From NCBI GenBank assembly GCA_025351025.1, contig JANXWR010000026.1:1-42676 (forward strand): a DNA stretch of 42,676 nucleotides, in the 5' to 3' direction. The notes beneath the pieces were generated by a model that was not told the origin of the DNA, did not search any database, and saw only the letters and a program-made list of their open reading frames with translations. The position numbers and the translations under genes are program-made. Positions within the stretch are counted from its first letter, which is position 1. Each line of letters begins with the position of its first letter. Origin of the DNA: Burkholderiales bacterium. Lineage in GTDB: Bacteria; Pseudomonadota; Gammaproteobacteria; Burkholderiales; Burkholderiaceae_C. Below are positions 10,273-21,232 of this stretch, one piece after another.

Positions 10273-11267
10273 TTCACCTCGTCGATGCTGGCGAGCAGCT
10301 CGGTCAAGCCCATGCTCTTGGCGAAGTCGGCGATCACCGGCTTGGTCGCCGCCTTGAACGGCTCCTTGTCGATGCTGTTGAACTTGACGTTGAACTTCGT
10401 CTGCATTTCGGCTTCAGCCGCCACGCCGGCCTCGGCCTCGGTCTTACGCTCGAACACGGTCGCTTCCCGCGCGTCTTTCAGGACGATTTGCTGCAGGTCG
10501 GGTGGCAGCTTGTCGAAAGTCTTCTTCGACATGAACATCGGCCGCACGGTGAACTCGTGCTCGGTACGGGCGATGAATGGCGCCGGCTCGTAGAACTTCA
10601 TGTCGCGCACCGCGACCGACTCGTTTTCCATGCCGTCGACGACGCCGGACTTCATCGCCAGGTAGGTCTCCATGAAGGCGATCGGCGTCGGCACCGCGCC
10701 TACCGCCTTCCAGACGTTGACCTTGAGCGGACTGGAGATGAGGCGCAGCCGCATGCCCTTCATGTCGGCCATGCTGAGGATCGGCTTCTTGGTCGACAAC
10801 ACGTTGCGGCTCGAGCCGCCCCAGTAGCCGATGATTTTCATGCCGGTCTTTTCCTCGACCAGCGCGGCGTAGCGCTTGCCCGGCGCGCCGTCGAGCGACT
10901 TCTGCCAGTGCGCGTAGTCGTGGAACATGAAGGGCAGGGCGAAGAAGTCGAGCTCCTTGGCGAAAGGCGCGCCGGCCGAAGGATCGGAGACCACGAAGTC
11001 GAGCGAGCCATCCTTCACGAGCTGCATGGTCTGCGCCTCGCTGCCGAGGATGCCGCCGCTGAAGATGTCGATCTGGATGCGGCCGCCGCTGTCGTCGCCG
11101 ACCTTCTTGGCGAAGAAGGCGAGGGCCTTGTGCCAGGGATGGTCTTCCTTGAAGTAGTGCGCGGTGCGCAGCGTGAACTGCGGCGCCTTGGCTTGCGCCA
11201 GAGCGGCCGGCGGCGTGGCGAACAGCAGCGCCGCGGCGCCGAGGGCGAGCAGGCCAGTCCTGCGCAA
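10269..11267 (-). CDS. TRAP transporter substrate-binding protein (DctP); start uncertain
   Basis: Signal peptide ending ALA-Q. SGGRIQIDIFSGGILGSE, DMKGMRLR, GAVPTPIAFMETYLAMKSGVVDGMEN. Confidence 0.9.
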   Translation of the reverse strand: MRRTGLLALGAAALLFATPPAALAQAKAPQFTLRTAHYFKEDHPWHKALAFFAKKVGDDSGGRIQIDIFSGGILGSEAQTMQLVKDGSLDFVVSDPSAGAPFAKELDFFALPFMFHDYAHWQKSLDGAPGKRYAALVEEKTGMKIIGYWGGSSRNVLSTKKPILSMADMKGMRLRLISSPLKVNVWKAVGAVPTPIAFMETYLAMKSGVVDGMENESVAVRDMKFYEPAPFIARTEHEFTVRPMFMSKKTFDKLPPDLQQIVLKDAREATVFERKTEAEAGVAAEAEMQTKFNVKFNSIDKEPFKAATKPVIADFAKSMGLTELLASIDEVK

Positions 11268-11414
11268 CGTCGTCGTCGTCCTCGAAAGCTCGCGAAAGGT
11301 CAGGCTCGATCTCCCAGATGGAACGACTCGGTTCCGGTTTGTGTAACGTTTTACTGTATCGATCTACAACGACTCGGCGGACAAGGGTTTGCCCGTACCG
11401 TGTAGCCGCGGCGA

Positions 11415-11463
11415 TGAAACTAAATTACAAGCGGACCGGGCCCGCGTCTGAAACTAAATTACA
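11415..11463. promoter_or_regulatory. two identical 15-bp candidate operators TGAAACTAAATTACA (RpiR/HexR-type)
   Basis: Exact direct repeat at 11415-11429 and 11449-11463. Each copy is a quasi-palindrome TGWAA-N5-TTACA in the AT-rich divergent intergenic region. Confidence 0.65.
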
Positions 11464-11497
11464 GGCCGCCGCGCTCGGTTTCTCGAAGGAGGATTCA

Positions 11498-13087
11498 ATG
11501 ATTCCCAGTCTCTTCGCCGGCACGCAGTCGCGCGGCAGCTCGAACTTCTCTCGTCATGGCTTTGCGGTCGCGTTGACGACCTTCATCGCCGCCCTCACGC
11601 TCGCGGGCGGCGGCGCGCTCGCCGCGCCGCCACGGGGCGGCGCCGCCAACATCGCCATGATCGGCGAGCCGCAGACGCTCGACCCGATGGCTTCGACCGC
11701 CGACCTGGTCGGCACGATCATGCTGCACGCCTACGAGCAGCTCTACACCTTCGACGCGAACTGGAACATCGCGCCGATGCTGGCCGAGAGCCTGCCCGCG
11801 ATCTCGAACGGCGGCTTGGTCTACACGATTCCGCTGCGCAAGGGCGTCAAGTTCCACAACGGCCGTGAGATGACGTCCGACGACGTGCTCGCGTCGCTGA
11901 AGCGCTGGATGGAGATGGCGCCGCGCGGCAAGGCCGTCGCCAAGGAGATCAAGACGATCGAGGCGAAAGGCCCGAACGCGATCGTCGTGACGATGAACCG
12001 CGCCTATGCGCCCTTGCTTGCGCATTTGGCGCTGCCGAACGGCTTTGCCGCGATCATGCCCAAGGAGGTCATCGCGACGCCGCTGACGCAGTTCGTCGGC
12101 ACCGGTCCCTACATGTTCAAGGAGAGAAAGCCCGACCAATACGTGCAGCTGGTCCGCTTCGACGGCTACGCCGCGCGCAGCGAGCCGGCGAGCGGCTACG
12201 CCGGCAAGCGCGAGGCGCTGCTCGACGAGCTGCGCTTCATCCCCGTGCCCAACGCCAACACGCGCGTCGAAGGGTCGCTCTCGGGGCAATACCACTTCGC
12301 CGACCTGTTGCCGGTCGAGTCGTACGCGCGGCTCGAGGCGGCGCCCAACGTCAAGCCGGTGCTGACGGCTCCGTTCGGCTTTCCCTACCTCGTGCTCAAC
12401 ACCAAGCAGGGGCCGCTCGCCAACGTCGCGCTGCGCCAGGCGGTGCAGGCGAGCCTGAACGACGCCGACATGCTCGGGGCAGGCTTCGGCGACCCGAAGT
12501 TCTACAGCGCCGACGCCAACCACTACGCGAAGAACACGCCGTTCTATTCGACCGCCGGCACCGAGCAGTACGGCAAGGGTGACGCGAAGAAGGCGGCGGC
12601 GATGGTCGCGGCGGCGAAGTACGACGCCACGCCGGTGAAGATCCTGACCAGTCAGCAGTACGACTTCCACTATCGGATCGCGCTGGTGATGGCCGAGAAC
12701 CTCAAGGCCGCCGGCTTCAAGGTCGACATGCAGGTGGTCGACTGGTCGACCCTGATCCAGCGCCGCAACGACCCGGCGCTGTGGGACATCTACATCACGC
12801 ACTCGGCCGTCCTGCCCGAGCCGACGCTGACGCCGCCGCAACTCGGCGACGGCGCACCCGGCTGGTGGAGCTCGCCGGCCAAGGACGCGGCGCTGGCCGC
12901 CTTCAACGCCGAGTCGGATGCCAAGAAGCGCGGTGCCTTGTGGGGCAACATCCAGTCGGTGGTCTACAGCGAGGTGCCCTACATCCGCGTCGGCAACTTC
13001 AACAGCGTGACGGCGCGCTCGACCAAGCTCGACGGCTACGTTGCGATGCCCTGGCCCTTCTTCTGGAACACGGGCCTGCAGAAGTGA
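11498..13087 (+). CDS. ABC transporter substrate-binding protein, family 5 (Dpp/Opp)
   Basis: AAGGAGG RBS before ATG 11498. EPQTLDP, PMLAES, LRKGVKFHNG, VGTGPY. Confidence 0.92.
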   Translation: MIPSLFAGTQSRGSSNFSRHGFAVALTTFIAALTLAGGGALAAPPRGGAANIAMIGEPQTLDPMASTADLVGTIMLHAYEQLYTFDANWNIAPMLAESLPAISNGGLVYTIPLRKGVKFHNGREMTSDDVLASLKRWMEMAPRGKAVAKEIKTIEAKGPNAIVVTMNRAYAPLLAHLALPNGFAAIMPKEVIATPLTQFVGTGPYMFKERKPDQYVQLVRFDGYAARSEPASGYAGKREALLDELRFIPVPNANTRVEGSLSGQYHFADLLPVESYARLEAAPNVKPVLTAPFGFPYLVLNTKQGPLANVALRQAVQASLNDADMLGAGFGDPKFYSADANHYAKNTPFYSTAGTEQYGKGDAKKAAAMVAAAKYDATPVKILTSQQYDFHYRIALVMAENLKAAGFKVDMQVVDWSTLIQRRNDPALWDIYITHSAVLPEPTLTPPQLGDGAPGWWSSPAKDAALAAFNAESDAKKRGALWGNIQSVVYSEVPYIRVGNFNSVTARSTKLDGYVAMPWPFFWNTGLQK

Positions 13088-13088
13088 G

Positions 13089-14030
13089 ATGACGCGGTAT
13101 CTCGCGGCCCGCTTTGCCGGGATGGTGGTGGTGATGTTGCTCGTCGCCACCCTGGTCTTCTTCATCACCCGGCTCGCGCCGGGCGACCCGGCGGCGGTGA
13201 TGCTGGGCGAGCAGGCGACCGCCGCCGACATCGCGCAGCTGCGTGCCTCGTACGGGCTCGACAAGCCGCTGCCGCTGCAGTTCGCCTACTGGCTGAAGGA
13301 GCTGGCGCACGGCAACCTCGGCCAGTCGATCTTCCTGCAACGCCCGGTGGCGCAGGCGCTGTGGGAGCGGGCCGAGCCAACGCTGTTCCTGACCCTGTTC
13401 TCGATCGCCATCGCCACCTTGATCGGCGTGCCCTGCGGCATCGTCTCCGCGGTCTGGCGCGGCAAGGCCGTCGACCAGGTGTTCTCCGGTTTCGCGATGC
13501 TCGGCGCGAGCATCCCGAGCTTCTGGTTCGGCCTGATCCTGATGCAGATCTTCGCCGTCGGCCTTGGCTGGTTTCCGGTCGCGGGCTATGGCGACCCCGG
13601 CGTGCCGCTCGCCGACCGGCTGCATCACCTGGTGTTGCCGGCCCTCGTGCTCGGCATCGTCAACTCGGCGCTGATCCTGCGCTTCACACGCGCGAGCATG
13701 CTCGACGTGCTGGGCGAAGACCACATCCGCACCGCCCGCGCCAAGGGGGCAGGCGAGCCGCGCGTGATCCTGCACCACGCCCTGCGCAACGCCCTGATTC
13801 CGGTGATCACCGTGCTCGGCCTCACGTTCGCTCTGCTGGTCGGCGGCGCGATCGTCACGGAGACCGTGTTCGGCTTGCCGGGCATCGGCAACCTCGTCGT
13901 CTCTGCCGTGCTGCGCCGCGACTATCCGGTCATCCAGGGCGCGCTGCTCGTGATCGCGGGGCTCTACGTGCTCATCAACCTGGCGATCGACCTGCTCTAC
14001 CTGGTCGTCGATCCGCGGGTCACCTACTGA
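13089..14030 (+). CDS. Dpp/Opp ABC permease B
   Basis: APGDPA, YGLDKPL, GNLGQS, SIPSFW, RTARAKG, HALRNAL, ETVFGLPGIG, RDYPVIQG. Confidence 0.93.
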   Translation: MTRYLAARFAGMVVVMLLVATLVFFITRLAPGDPAAVMLGEQATAADIAQLRASYGLDKPLPLQFAYWLKELAHGNLGQSIFLQRPVAQALWERAEPTLFLTLFSIAIATLIGVPCGIVSAVWRGKAVDQVFSGFAMLGASIPSFWFGLILMQIFAVGLGWFPVAGYGDPGVPLADRLHHLVLPALVLGIVNSALILRFTRASMLDVLGEDHIRTARAKGAGEPRVILHHALRNALIPVITVLGLTFALLVGGAIVTETVFGLPGIGNLVVSAVLRRDYPVIQGALLVIAGLYVLINLAIDLLYLVVDPRVTY

Positions 14031-14863
14031 TGCGCACGTTGTTCGCCAAGCTGTCCCGGAGGAAGCTGGTGCTGGCGGGCGCGGTGATCCTGGCCAGCGT
14101 CGCCCTGCTCGCGCTTTTCGCGCCCTGGATGACGCCGTACGACCCGACGGCGCTGAAGATCCTCGACCGGCTGCAGAGCCCGCGCGCCGCGCACTGGTTC
14201 GGCACCGACGAGCTCGGCCGCGACGTGTTCTCGCGGGTGATTTTCGGCGCGCGCTATTCGCTGATGATCGGCGCGCTCGTCGTCCTGATCTCGATGTTTT
14301 GCGGCGTCCTGCTCGGCCTCGCCGCGGGCTTCTTTCGCCGCCTCGACGGCCCCATCATGCGGCTCGTCGACGCGATGATGTCCTTCCCCGACATCCTGCT
14401 CGCGATTGCCCTGGTCGCGGTGCTGGGCGCGTCGATGACGAACGTCATCCTGGCGCTGGCCATCGTCTACACGCCGCGCGTGGCGCGGGTCGTGCGCGCC
14501 TCGACGCTGGTCGTGCGCGAGCTGCTCTTCATCGAAGCCGCGCGCGCGATCGGCATTTCGATCTGGCGCATCCTCTTCATCCATGTCCTGCAGAACATCG
14601 CCTCGCCGATCCTGGTGCAAGCGACCTTCATCTTCGCCTACGCGGTGCTCGCCGAGGCCGGCCTGTCGTTCCTCGGCGTGGGCGTGCCGCCGGTGCTGCC
14701 GACCTGGGGCTCGATGATCTCGAGCGGCCAGCAGTTCTCGCACCAGGCGTTCTGGCTGGTCGTGTTTCCGGGCATCGCCATCATCCTGTCGGCCCTGTCC
14801 CTTCAGATGGTGGGCGACGGCTTTCGCGATCTGCTCGACCCGAAATTGCGCAAGGCGCTGTGA
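14030..14863 (+). CDS. Dpp/Opp ABC permease C
   Basis: [56 protein letters not shown] coupling at 14028-14032. Confidence 0.93.
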   Translation: MRTLFAKLSRRKLVLAGAVILASVALLALFAPWMTPYDPTALKILDRLQSPRAAHWFGTDELGRDVFSRVIFGARYSLMIGALVVLISMFCGVLLGLAAGFFRRLDGPIMRLVDAMMSFPDILLAIALVAVLGASMTNVILALAIVYTPRVARVVRASTLVVRELLFIEAARAIGISIWRILFIHVLQNIASPILVQATFIFAYAVLAEAGLSFLGVGVPPVLPTWGSMISSGQQFSHQAFWLVVFPGIAIILSALSLQMVGDGFRDLLDPKLRKAL

Positions 14864-15899
14864 GCATCGCCCCGCCTGTTCTCGTGCCGGCTGCCGGACT
14901 CGGTCCGCTGCTGCAGGTCAGGAATCTGCGCACGCACTTCTCGAGCGACGCCGGTCTGGTCAAGGCCGTCGAGGACGTGTCGTTCAGCCTCGACGCCGGC
15001 GAGACGCTTGCCGTGGTCGGCGAATCCGGCTCGGGCAAGTCGGTGACCAGCCTGTCCATCATGGGCCTGGTCGCCGATCCGCCTGGCCGCGTCGTCGGTG
15101 GCGAGATCCTGTTTCGCACCCGTGCCGGGCCGGTCGTCGACCTCGCGCGCTTGCCGGCCCCGGCCTTGCGCGCGCTGCGCGGACGCGACCTCGCCATGAT
15201 CTTCCAGGAGCCGATGACCAGCCTCAATCCGGTGTTCACGATCGGCGAGCAGATCGCCGAGGCGGCCGTCCTGCATCTGGGCATGCGCGGGGCGCAGGCG
15301 TCGCGCCGTGCCCTAGAGATGCTCGAGCTGGTCGAGATTCCCGCGGCGAAGCAGCGCTTCGGCGACTATCCGCACCAGCTCTCGGGTGGCATGCGGCAGC
15401 GCGTCATGATCGCCATCGCGCTCGCCTGCGATCCATTGCTGCTCATCGCCGACGAGCCGACGACGGCCCTCGACGTGACGATCCAGGCACAGATCCTCGT
15501 CCTGATCGACAAGCTGCGCCGCGAGGTCGGCATGGCGGTGCTGTTCGTCACCCACAACCTCGCCGTCGTCGCCGAGATCGCCGATCGCGTCGTCGTGATG
15601 TACGCCGGCAAGGTGGTCGAAGAGGGCGACGTGCGCAGCGTCTTCAGGGCAGCGAAGCATCCCTACACGCAGGGCCTGCTCGCCTGCCTGCCGCGCCGCG
15701 CGCTCGATGCGCTTGCGCCGGGCGCAGCGCGCCGGCTGAAGGCGATTCCCGGCCAGGTCGCCGGGCCGCACGACCCGCTGCCCGGCTGCGCCTTCGCGCC
15801 GCGTTGCGGGTTGGCGCTCGCCGAATGCTCGGCCGCCATGCCGCCGCTCGCCGACATCGCGGCGGATCGGCGCTCGCGCTGCCTGCGCTGGAGCGCGCT

Positions 15900-15903
<4 letters not shown>
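14860..15903 (+). CDS. Dpp/Opp ABC ATPase D
   Basis: [49 protein letters not shown]-terminal Cys motif. GTGA overlap start. Confidence 0.93.
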
Positions 15904-16853
<950 letters not shown>

Positions 16854-16870
16854 ACAGGACAGGACCGACC

Positions 16871-18178
16871 ATGAAGCCGCTCGACCTGAGCTCCCTGCTT
16901 GCCGAGGTCCTCGATCCGACGACCAAGGGCTACCCGCTGTCGGCAGCGCCACTGCCGATCTCGGCGATCGGCGCCCAGGGCTGGCATCTCTTCGCCGGCG
17001 ATCTGCCGCTGCCGCTGGCGGTGTTGCGCGACTCGGCACTCGCGCACAACCACGCCTGGATGCGCGACTTCGCCGCGGCGACCAGGGTCCTGCTCGCGCC
17101 GCACGGCAAGACGACGATGGCGCCGCAGATCTTTGCCCAGCAGCTCGCCGCAGGCGCCTGGGGCATGACGGTGGCCAACGTGCAGCAGCTCCGCGTCTGC
17201 ACCCGCTTCGGCGTGCGCCGGGTGATCATGGCGAACCAGCTGCTTGGTGTGCAGGAAGTGAGCGCCGTGATCGGCCTCCAGGCGCAGTACCCCGACCTCG
17301 AGTTCCACTTCCTGATCGACTCCCTGGCGCAGCTTGCGGCGATCGAGGCCACGGCCGCCGCCGCTCCGCCGTCGCGCAAGCTCACCGCGCTGATCGAGCT
17401 CGGCGTACCGGGCGGGCGCACGGGCCTGCGCACCCACGGCCACGCGCTGGCGCTGGCGCGTGCCGTCGCCGCCAGCGGCGTCGTCGCGCTGTCGGGTCTC
17501 GAGTGCTACGAGGGCCTGGCGATCAGCGGCGACTCGGCACGCGATGCGGCGACGGTGGGCGCGCTGATGCAGCGCGTGAAAGAGCTGGCGCTGGCCTGCG
17601 ACGGCGAGGGCCTGTTCGCCGGTGCAGCGATCATCCTGACGGCCGGCGGCTCGGCCGCGTTCGACATCGTCGCCCGCGAGCTGCCGGTGCGCCTGTCGAA
17701 GCCGGTGCTGACGATCCTGCGCAGCGGCTGCTACGTCACCCACGACTCGGGCAACTACATGCGCCTGCTCGAGGGCGTCAAGGCACGCAGCGGCGCGGCC
17801 TGGCAGGCGCGCCCGGGCCTGCAACCGGCGCTCGAGGTGTGGTCGCGGGTGCAATCGGTCCCGGAGCCGGGGCTGGCGATCCTGACCATGGGCAAGCGCG
17901 ACGCCTCGTACGACATCGAGCTGCCGATTCCGCTCAAGCGTTTTCCCGCGCGCACCAGGACCGGCGCGGAGGCCGTGCCGGCGACCTGGACGATCGCTGC
18001 GATGAACGACCAGCACGCCTACCTTCGCTTCGCTGCCGACGAGACGGACCGGCCGCAGGTCGGCGACCTGATCGGCTGCGGCATCTCGCACCCGTGCACG
18101 ACCTTCGACAAATGGCGGGTGCTGTTCCGGGTCGACGATGGTTATCGCGTCACCGGCGCGATCCGCACCTTCTTCTGA
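16871..18178 (+). CDS. PLP-dependent fold-type III enzyme, DSD1/D-serine dehydratase-like amino acid deaminase
   Basis: LAPHGKTTMAP (PLP Lys), MANQL, GRTG, YEG, RSGCYVTHD, NDQH, ISHPCTTFDKW. Confidence 0.88.
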   Translation: MKPLDLSSLLAEVLDPTTKGYPLSAAPLPISAIGAQGWHLFAGDLPLPLAVLRDSALAHNHAWMRDFAAATRVLLAPHGKTTMAPQIFAQQLAAGAWGMTVANVQQLRVCTRFGVRRVIMANQLLGVQEVSAVIGLQAQYPDLEFHFLIDSLAQLAAIEATAAAAPPSRKLTALIELGVPGGRTGLRTHGHALALARAVAASGVVALSGLECYEGLAISGDSARDAATVGALMQRVKELALACDGEGLFAGAAIILTAGGSAAFDIVARELPVRLSKPVLTILRSGCYVTHDSGNYMRLLEGVKARSGAAWQARPGLQPALEVWSRVQSVPEPGLAILTMGKRDASYDIELPIPLKRFPARTRTGAEAVPATWTIAAMNDQHAYLRFAADETDRPQVGDLIGCGISHPCTTFDKWRVLFRVDDGYRVTGAIRTFF

Positions 18179-18200
18179 TGCGCCGCGCGCCCGGACTGTC

Positions 18201-19109
18201 GTGAGCCCGCCCCGCAAGACTGACCGCACGCGGCAGGGCGACCTGCTGGTGGCGATGCGCGAGCGCTCGGCGTCGCTCTCGCAGGCGCAGCGACAAGTCG
18301 CCGCGGCGATGCTCGACGACCCCGAGTTCGCGCTGCGCGCCAACGTCGATGCGCTGGCCCGGCGGGCCGACGTGAGCCCGCCGACCATCACCCGGTTCTG
18401 CCGTGCGCTCGGCTATTCGGGGCTGCGCGAATTCAAGCTGTGCCTAGCGCACACGCTGGCGGTCGGCAAGTCGACGCTGCACCGCGCCGTGAAGAGCGGC
18501 GACGACATGGAAACGGTGACGCACAAGGTGCTGCAGGACGCCGTCAGCGCGCTCTCCAACCTCGAGCAGCATGTCGTGCCCGAGGACCTGGAACGCGCCG
18601 CGACGCGCATCGCGCGGGCGCGGCGGGTCGACTGCTACGGCGTCGGCAACGTCTCGATGTTCATGGCCAGTGACGCGCAGGCGCGCTTTGCCCGGCTCGG
18701 CATGAATTGCGGCGCGTACTTCGACGCCCATCTCCAGCTCATCTCCGCCGCGACGATGGGCAAGCGCGACGTCGTCCTGGCGATCTCGTACGTCGGCCGG
18801 ATGCGCAGCCTCCTGCAGGCGGTCGAGGTCGCCCGCGAGCAGGGCGCGCTGGTCGTCGCCATCACGCAGCCGCGCACGCCGCTGGCGGCACTGGCCGACG
18901 TCGTGCTGCCGGTCGTCGTGCCGGTCGACCGGGCGATGCGCGTCGGCACCGAGGCCTATCTGGCGCAACTCACCTATCTCGAGATCCTGATGGTCGGCGT
19001 CGGCCTGCGCCGCGGCGCCGCCGCCTTCCGGAAGCTCAAGCGGGTGCGCCAGGTGCTGAAGGAACGCGGCTCGGAAAGCGAGCCGCATCCGGTCATGCCT
19101 TCGGCGTGA
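18201..19109 (+). CDS. MurR/RpiR family transcriptional regulator (HTH + SIS)
   Basis: LARRADVSPPTITRFCRALGYSGLREFK helix-turn-helix, then a SIS domain (YGVG, DVVLAISY.G, VVAIT). GTG start at 18201 inferred. Confidence 0.9.
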   Translation: MSPPRKTDRTRQGDLLVAMRERSASLSQAQRQVAAAMLDDPEFALRANVDALARRADVSPPTITRFCRALGYSGLREFKLCLAHTLAVGKSTLHRAVKSGDDMETVTHKVLQDAVSALSNLEQHVVPEDLERAATRIARARRVDCYGVGNVSMFMASDAQARFARLGMNCGAYFDAHLQLISAATMGKRDVVLAISYVGRMRSLLQAVEVAREQGALVVAITQPRTPLAALADVVLPVVVPVDRAMRVGTEAYLAQLTYLEILMVGVGLRRGAAAFRKLKRVRQVLKERGSESEPHPVMPSA

Positions 19110-19132
19110 ACGACAACGACGAGGAGTCTGCG

Positions 19133-20596
19133 ATGAATGCGCAACACGACACGAGCCCGTCGGCCTGGCTGCTGCGCGGCGGCACCGTCATCGATGGCAG
19201 CGGCGCGCCGCGCTTCGCTGCCGACGTGCGGATCGAGGGAGGGCGCGTCGTCGCCGTCGGCGAAGGGCTCGCAGAGGGCGGTGCGCGGGTCGTCGACGTG
19301 GCGGGAAAGATCGTCGCGCCCGGCTTCATCGACGTGCACACACACGACGACCAGATCGTGCTCGCGGCGCCCGAGATGCTGCCCAAGATCAGCCAGGGCG
19401 TGACCACGGTCGTCATCGGCAATTGCGGCATCAGCCTGGCGCCGCTGGTCCATGCCAACGTGCCGCCGCCGCTCAACCTGCTCGGCGGCGCCGACAAGTA
19501 CGTCTACCTGACGATGGCCGCCTACGTCGCCGCGGTCGATGCGGCGCGGCCGGCCGTCAACGTCGTGGCACTGGTCGGCCACTCGACCTTGCGCGTCGCG
19601 ACGATGGACGATCCCTACCGCCCGGCGACTTCCCAAGAGCAGGCGCGCATGGTCGAGCTGCTGCAGGAAGGCCTGGCTGCCGGCGCCGCCGGCCTGAGCT
19701 CGGGCGTGTTCTACGCCACCGGCGCCGCCGCCGACATCGACGAGCTGGCGCTGCTTGCCGGCGTCGCCGGCGCGGCTGGCGGCGTCTACACGACGCACAT
19801 CCGCCAGGAGATGGACAAGGTCATCGATTCGCTCGACGAAGCCTTCGCCACGGGGCGGCGCGGCAAGGTGCCGGTGATCGTCTCGCACCACAAGTGCGCC
19901 GGCCCGCGCAACTGGGGCCGCACGATCGAGACGCTGGCCCACATCGACGCGGCGCGCCGGCACCAGCCGATCGGTCTCGACTGCTATCCCTACGTCGCCG
20001 GCTCGACCGTATTGCGCAGAGAGATGGTCGACGGCGTCATCGAGATACTGATCACCTGGTCGACGCCGCATCCAGAGATGGCAGCGCGCCGCCTCGCTGA
20101 CATCGCGGCGGAGTGGGGCTGCAGCCAGCAGGCAGCTTGCGAGCGCCTGCAGCCGGGCGGCGCCTGCTACTTCCAGATGCGCGAGGACGATGTGCAGCGC
20201 GTCTTGTGCTATCCGGTGACGATGATCGGCTCCGACGGGCTGCCGCACGACCAGCATCCGCACCCGCGGCTCTGGGGGACGTTTCCGCGCGTGCTCGGCC
20301 ACTACAGCCGTGAGCTCGGCCTGTTTTCGCTCGAGACCGCGGTGCACAAGATGACCGGGCTCTCGGCGCGCCAGTTCCAGCTCGTGGATCGCGGCGAGAT
20401 TCGGGTCGGCGCGTTCGCCGATCTCGTCGTGTTCGATGCGGCGACGGTCGAGGACAAGGCGACCTTCGAGCAGCCGAAGGCACTCTCGGCAGGCATCGTT
20501 CGCGTGTTCGTGAACGGCGAGCCCGCGTACCGCGGTGACGACGGACAGGTCCAACGCCACGGCCGGTTCCTGAAGCGAACGCCCGACCTCGCCTGA
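19133..20596 (+). CDS. N-acyl-D-amino-acid deacylase (D-aminoacylase)
   Basis: VIDGSG, APGFIDVHTHDD, QGVTTVVIGNCG, HIR, SHHK, YPYVAGST, GSDG, HPRLWGTFPRVLG. GAGGAG RBS. Confidence 0.93.
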   Translation: MNAQHDTSPSAWLLRGGTVIDGSGAPRFAADVRIEGGRVVAVGEGLAEGGARVVDVAGKIVAPGFIDVHTHDDQIVLAAPEMLPKISQGVTTVVIGNCGISLAPLVHANVPPPLNLLGGADKYVYLTMAAYVAAVDAARPAVNVVALVGHSTLRVATMDDPYRPATSQEQARMVELLQEGLAAGAAGLSSGVFYATGAAADIDELALLAGVAGAAGGVYTTHIRQEMDKVIDSLDEAFATGRRGKVPVIVSHHKCAGPRNWGRTIETLAHIDAARRHQPIGLDCYPYVAGSTVLRREMVDGVIEILITWSTPHPEMAARRLADIAAEWGCSQQAACERLQPGGACYFQMREDDVQRVLCYPVTMIGSDGLPHDQHPHPRLWGTFPRVLGHYSRELGLFSLETAVHKMTGLSARQFQLVDRGEIRVGAFADLVVFDAATVEDKATFEQPKALSAGIVRVFVNGEPAYRGDDGQVQRHGRFLKRTPDLA

Positions 20597-20694
20597 GCAC
20601 CGTCGCGCGGCTCAGCCGAGACGAATCAGCATCGAGCCTGCCGTCGCCAGCGGGACCGCGACGAGCCAGGTGTTCATGGCGCCGGCGACGAGGG

Positions 20695-21231
20695 TCAGCC
20701 CAGGGTGCGATAGAAGTAGTGCGTGTCGCACAGGCCGCCGTGGGGCAGCAGGGCATAGCCGGGGATGACGCCGCAGGACTGCCAGCCGAGCCGCGCGTAG
20801 AGTCGCTCGGCGTCGCCGCTCGCCGTGTCGAGCACCAGCAGCGACTTGCCGAGCTCGCCGGCCCACTGCTCGGCCGCGACCATCAGCGCCGCGCCGATGC
20901 CGTGCCGGCGCGCCCGTCGATGCACCAGCATTTTCGACAGGTCGGCGCGGTGCGTCTGGTTCTCGGGTTGCTCGAGCACGAGCTGCACGGTGCCGACGAT
21001 GCCGTGCCCGTCTTCGGCGACGAGCAGGGCGCGGGCGCCGGTCGCGACGTCGTCGGCGACGCGGCGCCAGAAGGCCGTCGCTCTGTTCATCGACAGGGGA
21101 TGCATGAAGCTGACCGAGGCGCCGCCGTCGACGCAATCGATGAGCAGCAAGGCCAGCGCCTCGATCTGCGCCGCGGTCGATTCCGAGAGACGGCGGACAG
21201 TCGCGGCTGAGTCGGGGCTGGGTGCCGTCAT
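20695..21231 (-). CDS. GNAT N-acetyltransferase (Ttr-like)
   Basis: DCVDGGASVSF, GTVQL, NQTHRADLSKMLVH, RRHGIG, LVLDT, LYARLGW, GVIPGYA. Confidence 0.9.
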   Translation of the reverse strand: MTAPSPDSAATVRRLSESTAAQIEALALLLIDCVDGGASVSFMHPLSMNRATAFWRRVADDVATGARALLVAEDGHGIVGTVQLVLEQPENQTHRADLSKMLVHRRARRHGIGAALMVAAEQWAGELGKSLLVLDTASGDAERLYARLGWQSCGVIPGYALLPHGGLCDTHYFYRTLG

Positions 21232-21232
21232 G

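Noticed and set aside
20612-20677. 21-aa hydrophobic ORF MNTWLVAVPLATAGSMLIRLG after the GNAT gene
   Set aside because: No RBS and too short to distinguish from chance.
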